Positions 19,627 to 28,838 of a stretch of 64,000 nt of DNA are shown here, piece by piece (the stretch's first letter is position 1; the number at the start of each line of letters is the position of its first letter). Below the pieces are notes generated by a model. That model saw only the letters and a list, made by a program, of their open reading frames with translations. It was not told the DNA's origin and did no database searches. The stretch is from a virus, in the IMG/VR virus record IMGVR_UViG_2884693830_000001, positions 1,459 to 65,458 of that record; one strand, given 5' to 3'. A program made the translations under genes and the position numbers.

Positions 19627-19971
19627 TTACATACCGCCTGTGCTGCTGTTGGACTCGGCGGGCTTGGTGGTGGCGGGTGCGGGGACGACGGTGATGGTGA
19701 CGGTCGTGGTGGTGCTGGTCTTCGTGATCACTTTGCTGCCGTCTGGATTGGTGACCGTCTGGGTTGACGTGGTCTCGGTTGTGGTGGTGCCGGGGCTGGT
19801 CGGGGCCGGGCTGGGCGTGCTGGTCTCCGCGATGGTGGGGGTGATGGTGGGCGTGCTGATGGGACTGCTGGTCGGGGTGCTGTCGTCGGCGTAGGCGGCG
19901 GTGGCCCCGGACAGGAGTAAAGCCAGGGCAAGAGTGGCGGCGGGAAGGCGTAGACGGCTGAACAGAGGCAT
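19627..19971 (-). CDS. Secreted Thr/Pro/Ser-rich small protein
   Basis: Sec signal MPLFSRLRLPAATLALALLLSGATAAYA|D followed by a low-complexity T/P/S mature part. Confidence 0.7.
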   Translation of the reverse strand: MPLFSRLRLPAATLALALLLSGATAAYADDSTPTSSPISTPTITPTIAETSTPSPAPTSPGTTTTETTSTQTVTNPDGSKVITKTSTTTTVTITVVPAPATTKPAESNSSTGGM

Positions 19972-20293
19972 GACGATACTCCTAAAGACGGTTTGGTTAC
20001 CTGAACCGTTCCAACTGCGGCGCGGGCCGTTAGCCTCGGCTGGCGCCGCAGAACGGTGGACAACTAGTTGTAAAGGTTCCGAACGGTATCCGTCTAGAGA
20101 AGATCATGAGAAAGTCATGGCCGAAACGTGTCATGGCCGATGTCGGCCATGTGGGCGCATGTCTTCGCAGCGGTGCGCGAAGTGCCTGTTGGCGGCCTAC
20201 GACGCGTACCCCATCGCCTTGGTTGACAGATGAATTATCTAAATTAGCCGAGCTTTCGGTGTCCGGAATATAACGACGCCGGTGGCCGGAATC

Positions 20294-20788
20294 TCACGGC
20301 GCTTGGTGCCGCATGATGTCCATCTGCTTGTCGTGCAAGTCGAGCAGTGCGTCCACCTGCCGCAGGAGCACTTCGATCATCTGGGTCTGCGTTTCCTCGC
20401 TGAAGGGCAGTTCCCGGATCCGGGCGATGGCGGCCTCGACTCGCTCGACCGTCCGTGCGGATGCGCCGCTCAGCTCAGGCGTGCGGCGCCGGTCGAGTTC
20501 CTGACTCAGAAGTTTGGCGGCTTCGTCGCGGCCGGCGGCTTGCACATCCTCTGGGGTTGCGCCGACGACGAGAGCCATGAGGACGTACTCCCGGTCGGGG
20601 ATGGCCCTCTTGCCTTGCTCGTAGGCGGACCAGGAGCGGTCGCTGAACGGCCGGGCGGTAAAGGTGCCCAGCATCTCGGTGCACTTGGCGACGGTTAGGG
20701 GACCGTCGAGACCTCGGTTGGTGCGTAGCCGCTGGATGAGGGCGGCATCGGCCGGCAGGGAGGCGTCGTGCGGTGACGGCTGCGACAT
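20294..20788 (-). CDS. XRE-family repressor (CI-like)
   Basis: IQRLRTNRGL...SDRSWSAYEQGKRAIP HTH; divergent from an excisionase-type HTH. Confidence 0.8.
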   Translation of the reverse strand: MSQPSPHDASLPADAALIQRLRTNRGLDGPLTVAKCTEMLGTFTARPFSDRSWSAYEQGKRAIPDREYVLMALVVGATPEDVQAAGRDEAAKLLSQELDRRRTPELSGASARTVERVEAAIARIRELPFSEETQTQMIEVLLRQVDALLDLHDKQMDIMRHQAP

Positions 20789-20850
20789 AGCGGCATGCTT
20801 CCTTCGGTTCTTGCGGTGATCTTCAGTTTGTGCGGCACGGCGTCACCGTA

Positions 20851-20952
20851 TCACTTGCTGCGCGAACATGTCTGTATTTCGCGAAATAGTCGTTACCCTC
20901 AGTAGTTGTATGTCGCTTCGCGAATTTCGCGAAATCACTTGCTTTTCGCGAA
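20851..20952. promoter_or_regulatory. Immunity-region operator cluster (TTCGCGAA x4, TCACTTGCT x2)
   Basis: Palindrome TTCGCGAA at 20878, 20917, 20926 and 20945, partial copy at 20859; lies between divergent regulators. Confidence 0.7.
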
Positions 20953-21024
20953 CAACCGAGTAGTGTCAGTTCTGACATCCGATGATCTTCGGAACGGAGA
21001 TCACAAAACACTCGGGAGGTGCCA

Positions 21025-21435
21025 ATGACCAGCACAAACACGGCAACGACGCCGGAGCAGATCGTCGGCGACCTCATCGACGCCGTAGTACCGGACGACG
21101 TCACCATGCTCGAAGTCAGGGATGTGGCACGCGTCCTCAACGTGACCGACCGCGCCGTCCTGTACCTCCTGCAAGACCACCGGCTCAGCTACATCCGCAC
21201 GGGCAAGCGTGGATACCGCGTCCCCCGCGTCCTGCTGGCCGAGTACCTGCTGCAGAGCTTCATCCCCCGGCAGCTCACCGCTGCCGAACAGCAACTTGCC
21301 GAAACGCAGCAGGCCATCCAGGAAGCGACGGACAGGCTGTCCGAACTCACCGCGCGCATCGCCGTGGCGGAAGCCGAGCTCGGCCTGACCGACGCGTCCC
21401 CTCCACGTGGACGGTCCACCCAAACCGTCCCGTAA
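21025..21435 (+). CDS. Excisionase/Cro-like HTH_17 protein
   Basis: MLEVRDVARVLNVTDRAVLYLLQDHRLSYIRTGKRGYRVP; C-terminal coiled coil. Confidence 0.8.
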   Translation: MTSTNTATTPEQIVGDLIDAVVPDDVTMLEVRDVARVLNVTDRAVLYLLQDHRLSYIRTGKRGYRVPRVLLAEYLLQSFIPRQLTAAEQQLAETQQAIQEATDRLSELTARIAVAEAELGLTDASPPRGRSTQTVP

Positions 21436-21470
21436 CCAACCCACCAGCACAAACAGGAGATCCAACGTCC

Positions 21471-21797
21471 ATGACCTCTGATGCAAGCAACAGCGCTAGC
21501 GTCAATGAGCGGCCGACCCTGCCGTTCGACCGGAAGTACGCCGTCGTGGCCATGCACGCCGCCTGGCACATGACCTGCCCGCCGTTCGACGCGCTGCGCA
21601 AGCTCCTCGTCGACCTGCTCCGCGCGGACGGCTACGTGCCCGCCGACGCGGACCTGCACGCCGACAACCTGATCAACATCGCGCACGGCGTGATCGACAG
21701 CATCGACGCGGGCGAGCCCCGCAAGGTCCCGTGGCCCGGCGGCCAGCATGCGAAGCCGTACGTGAAGGCCATGTACGAGATGGAGACCAGCAAGTGA
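21471..21797 (+). CDS. Hypothetical protein
   Basis: CAGGAG RBS; GC3 bias. Confidence 0.65.
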   Translation: MTSDASNSASVNERPTLPFDRKYAVVAMHAAWHMTCPPFDALRKLLVDLLRADGYVPADADLHADNLINIAHGVIDSIDAGEPRKVPWPGGQHAKPYVKAMYEMETSK

Positions 21798-22900
21798 GCC
21801 GACTCGCAGCCGCCGCCGTCGAAGACCTGGCCGAGGCCGAGGACGCCAACGACTGGGACCAGGCCGCAGAGCAGGTGTTCCCCGACCTCTACCCCTGCCC
21901 TGGGGAGGAGTGCAGGAAGACGGGCAAGCTGCAGAAGGTCAACAGGACCGGCAGGATCCGCAAGCACAAGGCGAACAAGGGCGACGTGCTGCCGTGCACC
22001 GGCTCCGGCGCTCCGATCCTGACTGCGCGCATCCCGCACCGCAGCAAGTCCGGCTTCTACAAGGACCCCGAGTCCGGGGTGCTGCTGCGGTCGGTGACGA
22101 CGATCCTCAACCAGGGGTCGGCGCACGAGGGGCTGGTCTACTGGGCGGCCAAGGTCACCGCCGAGACCGCGATGGACAACGCGTTCGCGATGCTCGACGC
22201 CGCCCGCACCGAGGAAGGCCGGGCCGAGTTCATCAAGTGGCTCAAGCAGGAGCCGAACCGCCGTCGTGACGAGCGGGCCGACGTCGGCTCGGCGGTGCAC
22301 AAACTCGTGGAGTGCAAGATCCTCGGGGAGCCCGCCCCGGTGCGACTGATGGCCAACGAGGATCTCAAGCCGTACATCGAGCACTTCAACCGGTGGGTCG
22401 CCGAGTGGGAGATCGACTTCGAGGCGTCGGAGATGGTCGTCGCCCACTACGACGACAAGTACGCCGGGACGCTCGACTACCTGTTCCGGTCCCGGCCGCT
22501 CGCCCGCAAGCTCGGCGTCCCCGCCGACACCATCTTCCCGGGCGACACCAAGACGGGCGGCACTCTCAACGGGACCACGTACGACGGCAGCGTGCACGGC
22601 GTCTACCCGGAGGCCGGCCTGCAGATGTCCGCCTACCGCAAGGCGCCGTGGGGGTGGGAACGCGACGGTGAGCGTATCGAGCTGCCGCCCCGGCACGACG
22701 TGGGCGTGATCTTGCACCTGCGCCCGGAGGGCTACAACCTCTACCCCGCTCGCTGCGGCGACGACATGTACGAGATCTTCCAGACCATCCGCCGCGTCGC
22801 CGAGTTCCACACCGGCTTGTCCAAGAGCGTCATCGGTGAGCCGCTGACCCTCGACGACGACGGCACTGAGGACCCCCAGACCACGGAGGAGGCAGCCTGA
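21794..22900 (+). CDS. PD-(D/E)xK exonuclease (RecE/RecB-like)
   Basis: SVTTIL, GSAVHKLVE, SEMVV, YAGTLD, GDTKTG, LQMSAY. Confidence 0.85.
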   Translation: MSRLAAAAVEDLAEAEDANDWDQAAEQVFPDLYPCPGEECRKTGKLQKVNRTGRIRKHKANKGDVLPCTGSGAPILTARIPHRSKSGFYKDPESGVLLRSVTTILNQGSAHEGLVYWAAKVTAETAMDNAFAMLDAARTEEGRAEFIKWLKQEPNRRRDERADVGSAVHKLVECKILGEPAPVRLMANEDLKPYIEHFNRWVAEWEIDFEASEMVVAHYDDKYAGTLDYLFRSRPLARKLGVPADTIFPGDTKTGGTLNGTTYDGSVHGVYPEAGLQMSAYRKAPWGWERDGERIELPPRHDVGVILHLRPEGYNLYPARCGDDMYEIFQTIRRVAEFHTGLSKSVIGEPLTLDDDGTEDPQTTEEAA

Positions 22901-24615
22901 TGGGCGGGCGCATCATCGACCGGCAGCACCGGCTCCGCACGATCGGCCGGATCCGGCTCGGCACGTTCGAGGGCAGGCCGAAGGCGTCGGAGTTCTTCAT
23001 CCCCACCTCGGAGTTCGAGCACTTCATCCGGCAGATGGCCGACATCTACGGCGGCAAGGTCGAGCAGTGGAAGCCGCAGGGCGACGGCGGCATGCAGTGG
23101 CGGCTCATGAACGAGGACCTGACCTCCATCGAGGCGATCATCCCGCCCGGCCGTGACCCGCTCGACCAGGCGTACGAGAAGTGGTCGCGCGGTGGCAAGC
23201 AGGCCCGCTGCAACGGTGAAACCGTCGAGAACCTGGGCGGCCGTCCCTGCGTCTGCAAGGCGCAGTGGGGGCCACGCTTCTGGGAGCAGGCGCCGCCGCA
23301 GCAGGCATGCAAGCTGCACACCCGCCTCAACATCTGGATCCCGGAGATCCAGGACATCGGGGTGTGGCTGCTGGAGACCAAGGGCGCGAACGCCGGAGCC
23401 GAGTTGCCCGGCTTCGTCGACATGATCCAGGGCATGTTCGGCACCAAGGTCGCCGTCCCGATCAGCCTGTGGCTCGTGCCCCGCACCGGCCGAGAAAAGG
23501 GCAAGCTCAAGCACTACACCAAGGTCGAGATCGCGATCCGGGGCATGAACGCCATGCAGGCGGCCTCCCGCATCATGGCCGCCGCGCCCGAACACGCCGA
23601 GCTCAGCGCCGGATCGTCGGAGGACCGGCTGGCGATCGAGTCGGGCAAGCCCGAGCAGACCGACTACATCGCGATGATCGGCGCCGCGCAGACCCGCGAC
23701 ACGGTGATCGAAGTGTGGCGGCAGGCCAAGGCTGACCGCGACGCGTGGATGACCAGCGGCGAGCAGATCGAGGCGGAAGCGGCCAGGCGGGTCAAGGAGA
23801 TCGAGCGACTGGCCGAGCTATGGAAGGAAGTCGTCACCGCCTGGGACGGCGGCGAGATGGACGCGCTGCACAGCGCGTTCACGGACTTTTCCCGCGGCCG
23901 CCGCATCGAGGAAGCGACAGTTGCGGAGCTGAAGGCGTTCCTCGTACACATCCAGCCCAACGAGCGCCCGGCCACCGAGGAGGCCCCGCCGGTGCAGGCG
24001 CCCGCCGGCCGCAGCACGGAAGACGTCGCAGTGCCGCCGGATGACGAGATCGAGGACGCTGACGTGGTCGACGCCGAGGTGGTCGACGACCAGCCGGTGG
24101 CGAAGGAACGCCTCACCCGCCTCAACATCATGATCGGTGAGCGCGGCATTACCCCGCACACCGGCAAGGGCAGCACCGCGGCGAACAAGGCAGCCAAGGC
24201 GGCGTTCCTGAACGACACCGTCAAGCGGCTGGACGGCCCGCCCATCGAGTCGACCGCGGACCTCACCGAGAGCGAAGCCGACCTGGTGATGGCGCGCCTC
24301 AAGAGCATGCCGATCACCCACCCGACCAAGCCCAAGCAGGCCACCCGCCAACAGGCCGCCGACCAGCAGGACCCGGCCGCGCGCCGCGCCTACATGCTGA
24401 ACCTGTTCGGCCAGCTCGGCATCAAGGACCGGGAAGACGTCCTGCGGGACATCAGCATCATCACCGGCTCCAACGTGGACACGGCCGCTCCGCCGACCCC
24501 GCAGCAGGTCCAGGACTCCATCGACGTCCTAGAGTCCGCCAGCGGCGACGTCGCCACCTACGACGCGATGATCGCGCAGATCCAGGAAGCCCGCGCTCAG
24601 CAGGCCACGAACTGA
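22900..24615 (+). CDS. Gp3-like (recombination directionality factor-like) protein with a long C-terminal extension
   Basis: IGRIRLG, RCNGE, CVC...CKLHTRLNIWIPEIQDIGVWLLETKG.NAGAELPG. Confidence 0.7.
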   Translation: MGGRIIDRQHRLRTIGRIRLGTFEGRPKASEFFIPTSEFEHFIRQMADIYGGKVEQWKPQGDGGMQWRLMNEDLTSIEAIIPPGRDPLDQAYEKWSRGGKQARCNGETVENLGGRPCVCKAQWGPRFWEQAPPQQACKLHTRLNIWIPEIQDIGVWLLETKGANAGAELPGFVDMIQGMFGTKVAVPISLWLVPRTGREKGKLKHYTKVEIAIRGMNAMQAASRIMAAAPEHAELSAGSSEDRLAIESGKPEQTDYIAMIGAAQTRDTVIEVWRQAKADRDAWMTSGEQIEAEAARRVKEIERLAELWKEVVTAWDGGEMDALHSAFTDFSRGRRIEEATVAELKAFLVHIQPNERPATEEAPPVQAPAGRSTEDVAVPPDDEIEDADVVDAEVVDDQPVAKERLTRLNIMIGERGITPHTGKGSTAANKAAKAAFLNDTVKRLDGPPIESTADLTESEADLVMARLKSMPITHPTKPKQATRQQAADQQDPAARRAYMLNLFGQLGIKDREDVLRDISIITGSNVDTAAPPTPQQVQDSIDVLESASGDVATYDAMIAQIQEARAQQATN

Positions 24616-24675
24616 CTCCCTTCACCCCGGCCCGCACCCAGGGCCGGGGACCCAACCCCTAAGGAGAACCGACTC

Positions 24676-25260
24676 ATGCGACCCCTCTACGTGGAGTCCG
24701 AAAACCTCAGCACCGACCGCATCGGTTACATGCGGCACGAGCACGAGGCGGCGCTGTCGATCGGCGCGTACCGGCTGCCCACGAGCACCAACGACCTGGG
24801 CGCGCTCAAGGAGAACGCCATCCTCTACCGGAAGATCGCGGAGGCCGCCGAGCACGCCTACCGCGACGTGAGCGCTCGGGCCACGTTCCTGGAGAACCAG
24901 GAGGAGCAGCGCAGGCTGGCCGCCGCTCACACCCACGCCGCCGCCGCGCGGCCCGCCCCGGCCCCGGCCGCACCGTGCATGTGCGGCGAGCCGGCCGCGC
25001 CGAACACCATGCACCGCGCCGAAGCACCCTGCTACCGGGCCGACAGTCCCCCCTGCCCGACCTGCCAGGGGAAAGGCTGCCCCAGCTGCGCGAACTCCGG
25101 TCTCGCCATCGTCAACCCCCCGCAGCACCCCGCCGGGACGACCAATGCCCTGCGGCTCGTCCACGACGACACCCGGGCACCCATGCCGAGCACGGCCGCG
25201 TTCAACCCGCCCGCCAGGCCCCCGGCGACCCCGGCGGCACCGGCCGGTCCCGGCCACTGA
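24676..25260 (+). CDS. Hypothetical protein with Cys-rich motifs
   Basis: AAGGAG RBS; CMCG, CPTC.GKGCPSC. Confidence 0.6.
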   Translation: MRPLYVESENLSTDRIGYMRHEHEAALSIGAYRLPTSTNDLGALKENAILYRKIAEAAEHAYRDVSARATFLENQEEQRRLAAAHTHAAAARPAPAPAAPCMCGEPAAPNTMHRAEAPCYRADSPPCPTCQGKGCPSCANSGLAIVNPPQHPAGTTNALRLVHDDTRAPMPSTAAFNPPARPPATPAAPAGPGH

Positions 25261-25297
25261 CCCCCCAGCACAACCACGATCACGAAAAGGACAGGAC

Positions 25298-25606
25298 ATG
25301 AGCGAAAACCGCAACCTCGCCGACATCGCCGCCATCGTCGCTGACGCGACGGACCTCGAGGTGAAGGTCGCGAAGAAGGCCGTCAAGGCGACGATCTTCG
25401 CGATCCAGCAGGAGGTGGCCAAGGGCAACAAGGTGGCGTTCGTCAACTTCGGCAAGTTCGAGCTGGTCCACTCCGAGGCCCGCACGGCGCGGAACCCCAA
25501 CACCGGAGCCGAGGTGAACGTGCCGGAGAAGTGGAGGCCGAAGTTCTTCGCCGGGCAGGGCTTCCTCGGCCTGGTCCAGCAGACGCAGACGGAGATGAAG
25601 GGCTGA
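25298..25606 (+). CDS. hup: HU-family DNA-binding protein
   Basis: GNKVAFVNFGKFELVHSEARTARNPNTGAEVNVPEKWRPKF. Confidence 0.92.
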   Translation: MSENRNLADIAAIVADATDLEVKVAKKAVKATIFAIQQEVAKGNKVAFVNFGKFELVHSEARTARNPNTGAEVNVPEKWRPKFFAGQGFLGLVQQTQTEMKG

Positions 25607-25887
25607 TGCAGTACCGCATGTTCCGAGGGTGGGGCGGGCTGCGCGTCTACGCAGCCTGGCACCCTGAGCGGGGCACGTTCACCGCGTACGCCCGCGACAC
25701 CCACGACACGGTCGTGTGGCAGGTCGGCCAGGTCGACGTCGAACTGCCCACGATTACCGCCCTGCAGCAGGCGATCGAGCCACGCCGGGCGTACCTCACC
25801 GTCGAGGTGGTGGCTGCTCTCCTGGGTGACCAGGAGGGCGGCCCTGCCGCTCTGGCCGCCAGCGGCAGGGTGGGAGTTGCGCAGTGA
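25606..25887 (+). CDS. Hypothetical protein
   Basis: TGATG coupling. Confidence 0.6.
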   Translation: MQYRMFRGWGGLRVYAAWHPERGTFTAYARDTHDTVVWQVGQVDVELPTITALQQAIEPRRAYLTVEVVAALLGDQEGGPAALAASGRVGVAQ

Positions 25888-26192
25888 CCGGAGTCCCCGA
25901 CGTGGCGTTCATCGTCGGAGGCGTGATCGCCGTCCTCGGCGGGCTCATCGTGGCCAGCTATCTGTCCAGCTCGCCCCGCCACCACCGGTGCCGGTGGTCG
26001 CCGGTGGCCGTGTCCAACGTGAGGTCGGCGCCGTTCACACCAGAGGAGACAGCCGTGCTCAAGCGGTGCGCCCGCTGCGGCGACCTGCAGTCGACGACGT
26101 TGGTCGGCTCGTGGACGTTCGCCCAGGTGATCGGGCTCGACGCCGAAGCGGGGGCCGCGGCCGGCATCGCCGCCGAGGACACCGCCCAGTGA
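25884..26192 (+). CDS. Small membrane protein with Cys motifs
   Basis: N-terminal TM; HRC...CARC. Confidence 0.6.
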   Translation: MTGVPDVAFIVGGVIAVLGGLIVASYLSSSPRHHRCRWSPVAVSNVRSAPFTPEETAVLKRCARCGDLQSTTLVGSWTFAQVIGLDAEAGAAAGIAAEDTAQ

Positions 26193-26338
26193 GAAAGCCG
26201 CTGCTCTTCCTCATCGTCGGCGTGCTGCTCGGCATCACGGCCTTCGCCATCCTCGTCTGGATCCTGTCCAGCGCCGACGATCGCGCTGTCCAGCGGAGCA
26301 CCCCACCGCCCGAATACCTGCAGGCCAGCGCCCAGTAA
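26189..26338 (+). CDS. Small membrane protein
   Basis: GTGA overlap; single TM. Confidence 0.5.
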   Translation: MRKPLLFLIVGVLLGITAFAILVWILSSADDRAVQRSTPPPEYLQASAQ

Positions 26339-26417
26339 GGGCGGTGAGAGGGTGCGCTGATCACGGCGGGGGCCTGATCAGCGCACCCTCACCACGTGTA
26401 AGGAGATTGGAGAAGTT

Positions 26418-26666
26418 GTGAGAGAGCGTCTGATCGTGGCCTCGTGGTCGGCCCTCGCGGTCACCTTGTGGGTCATGGCGTATGTGTGGCCGCTCGTCGC
26501 TTACGTGCTCATCCCCTTCGGCGCGGTCGCCATGGCGTTCGTCGTGCTGTTCCTCGGCGAGGGCGTCATCCGGGAGGTGCGCGGCACCATCCGCATGCGC
26601 CTGTACGAGCGGCGGCGGGCGGAATGGCTCGCGCGGCGTAAGCGGCAGGAAGCGAGCGGCGAGTGA
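26418..26666 (+). CDS. Small membrane protein
   Basis: Two TM helices and a basic tail. Confidence 0.55.
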   Translation: MRERLIVASWSALAVTLWVMAYVWPLVAYVLIPFGAVAMAFVVLFLGEGVIREVRGTIRMRLYERRRAEWLARRKRQEASGE

Positions 26667-27085
26667 CAACTCTCCTCACGGCGATCGGGGCCGTGCCGGC
26701 CTGGCACCGGGACGCCGCGTGCGGCTACCTCGGGAAGCTGTTCGCGTCCAAGAAGCCCCGCGACGTCGACGCGCAGCGGAGGGTGTGCGCGGGCTGCCCC
26801 GCGCTGAGCAACTGCCGCGCGGACGCGCTGGCGAAACCAAAGCACAAGCTGCCTGACCTCGTCATGGCCGGGCGGACGCGGGCCGAACACCTCGACAGCC
26901 GCACGACCAACGCGCGCCGCGCATGCACGAAATGCGACGAGAAGAAGCCGCTGACCGACTTCAACCTCAGGACGGGCGGCAAGCACGGCCGAAGGTCGAT
27001 CTGCAAGAAGTGCGAGAACGCGCGGCAGCGGGCCGCCTACCAGGCCAAGAAGACGCAGACCAACACGGAAGGAACGACCGCATGA
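26663..27085 (+). CDS. whiB: WhiB-family Fe-S regulator fused to a Zn finger
   Basis: WHRDAAC..LF...VCAGCPALSNC..AL..VMAG followed by CTKC..KPLTDF...SICKKC. Confidence 0.8.
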   Translation: MTTLLTAIGAVPAWHRDAACGYLGKLFASKKPRDVDAQRRVCAGCPALSNCRADALAKPKHKLPDLVMAGRTRAEHLDSRTTNARRACTKCDEKKPLTDFNLRTGGKHGRRSICKKCENARQRAAYQAKKTQTNTEGTTA

Positions 27086-27324
27086 GTGGCTCTCTGGAGC
27101 ACCCCACCCCGTACAGCAACCGCAAGAAGAAGAAGCCCCGCAAGATCGACGGGAAGCGGGTCGTCCGGCTCAAGAAGAAGACGCAGCAGCTGCCCCGGCA
27201 CCGGATCGTTGTCAGCGACGGCGTCGTGGCCGTTGTGGAGGGCTACGGCGTCACGGAGGCGGACCTGGCCAGCGCCCGTGCGATGGTGCTCGGCATCCCC
27301 GTGGCGTCCACAGGGGGTTTGTGA
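27082..27324 (+). CDS. Small basic hypothetical protein
   Basis: ATGA overlap; Lys/Arg-rich. Confidence 0.55.
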   Translation: MSGSLEHPTPYSNRKKKKPRKIDGKRVVRLKKKTQQLPRHRIVVSDGVVAVVEGYGVTEADLASARAMVLGIPVASTGGL

Positions 27325-27686
27325 TGAAGGCTGGTGACTTCCTGGCCAACGCCGCAGTGCGGGCCGCCATCACTCGGGAGGTCCTGGCGGAGCGGATGCG
27401 CCAGCACCGCAAGTACGGCCAGCAGCAGCACCGCGACCACGCCACCTACGAGGCGGTCGAGTTCGAGTACCCCGCGAAGCTCGCCAGCATCGAGCGGTAC
27501 ATCAACGCCGACCCAGACAAGAAGACGTGGCAGTCGATCCTGCTGGAGCAGGTATACGGGGCGATGGCCGCCGACGAGCTGCCCGGCCAGCGTCAGCGCC
27601 TCGTCCAGGCCGCCGCGGTCATCCTGGCGTGGATCGAGGACATCGACACCAGGCCCGCGCCGGGGGGCAGTGTCGATGGCAGTTGA
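27324..27686 (+). CDS. MazG-like NTP pyrophosphohydrolase fold, degenerate
   Basis: AERMRQ..KYG.Q, TWQSILLEQVYGA, LVQAAAV..AWIE. Confidence 0.65.
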   Translation: MKAGDFLANAAVRAAITREVLAERMRQHRKYGQQQHRDHATYEAVEFEYPAKLASIERYINADPDKKTWQSILLEQVYGAMAADELPGQRQRLVQAAAVILAWIEDIDTRPAPGGSVDGS

Positions 27687-28566
27687 CCAGACCCGCCGTG
27701 TGAAGGCGGCGTCCAGCCAGCGGAAGGCGTACCGTCTCGGCATCAAGAGGCGGGTGAATGCGTCCCGCGCCCGCCAGTACCTGCAGCTCCTTCGCCGCAC
27801 CATGAGCATTCAGGACATCGCGGAGGCCGCGGACATGGCGTACACGGCCATCTGGGCGATCCTGCACGACCGGGAGACCGTCTTGCCGGCCACCGAGCGG
27901 AAGATCCTCGCGGTGACCCCCATCAACGGGGCCGTCCTGCTGGACTCGATCGGGGCGCGGCGGCGCGTCCAGGCGCTCGCCACGAAGGGCTGGACGGTCA
28001 AGGAAATCGGCCGCCAGGTGGCGAAGCGCCGAGGAGACGCCTGGGCCAACATCACCCGAGTCCTGCAAAGCCAACGGCTGACGGCGAGCCTCGCTCACGA
28101 GATCCACGCCGTCTACACGGACCTGTGCCAGCAGGTCCCGCCCGCCGACGTTCACGCCACACAGGCCAAGGCACGGGCTCAGCGCAACGGGTGGGCACCG
28201 CCGGCGGCGTGGGAGGCCGTCGACATCGACGACCCGGACGCCCAGCCGGACTGGGCGGCGGTTCGGTGCGAGTCCGAGTGTGGCCGGGCGGTGAAGCCGG
28301 GCCATCTCCGCTGTCCGGCGTGCCTGAAGCGGCTGAAGGCGCTCGGCACGTTGGACGGTTACAGCCCGCTCAGGAACGGGCGGGCGCTCGCGGAGGACGC
28401 CTGGTTCATCTCCAAGAACGAGGGGCTGTCACTCGGCAATGAGCAGCAGGCGGCGATGGTCGCGGAACGTCTCGGCGTGACCCTCGCAGCGCTGCAGGCG
28501 AGCCTCGTACGGCACGGCACGATGAAGATGCAAGCAGAACGGCTAGCGAAAGAAGAGACGCAGTGA
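27676..28566 (+). CDS. Multi-HTH actinophage DNA-binding protein
   Basis: SIQDIAEAADMAYTAI, ARRRVQALATKGWT, WAPPAAWEAVDIDDPDAQP. Confidence 0.7.
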   Translation: MAVDQTRRVKAASSQRKAYRLGIKRRVNASRARQYLQLLRRTMSIQDIAEAADMAYTAIWAILHDRETVLPATERKILAVTPINGAVLLDSIGARRRVQALATKGWTVKEIGRQVAKRRGDAWANITRVLQSQRLTASLAHEIHAVYTDLCQQVPPADVHATQAKARAQRNGWAPPAAWEAVDIDDPDAQPDWAAVRCESECGRAVKPGHLRCPACLKRLKALGTLDGYSPLRNGRALAEDAWFISKNEGLSLGNEQQAAMVAERLGVTLAALQASLVRHGTMKMQAERLAKEETQ

Positions 28567-28838
28567 AGGGGAGAAAGCAGGCGCTCAGGCCGATCGACGC
28601 CGACCGGCACTTCGGTTACTGCAAGGAGTGCGGCAGGGTCCGGTACGCGTCGAAGCGGATGGCGAAGGTCGCGGCCCGGCAGATCCACCCGGGCAAGAAT
28701 CTGCGGGCGTTCCCGTGCGGCGACTACTGGCACTACGGCCCGCTCACCGTGGCGAAGAAGAGCCGGGGCTTTCAGGGTATGCGGGCGACCCTGGTCATCG
28801 TCGACGAGTGCACGCGCCTGCCGGGAGAGGCGTCATGA
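28563..28838 (+). CDS. Small Zn-finger-like protein
   Basis: CKECGRVRYASK...AFPCGDYWH. Confidence 0.65.
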   Translation: MKGRKQALRPIDADRHFGYCKECGRVRYASKRMAKVAARQIHPGKNLRAFPCGDYWHYGPLTVAKKSRGFQGMRATLVIVDECTRLPGEAS

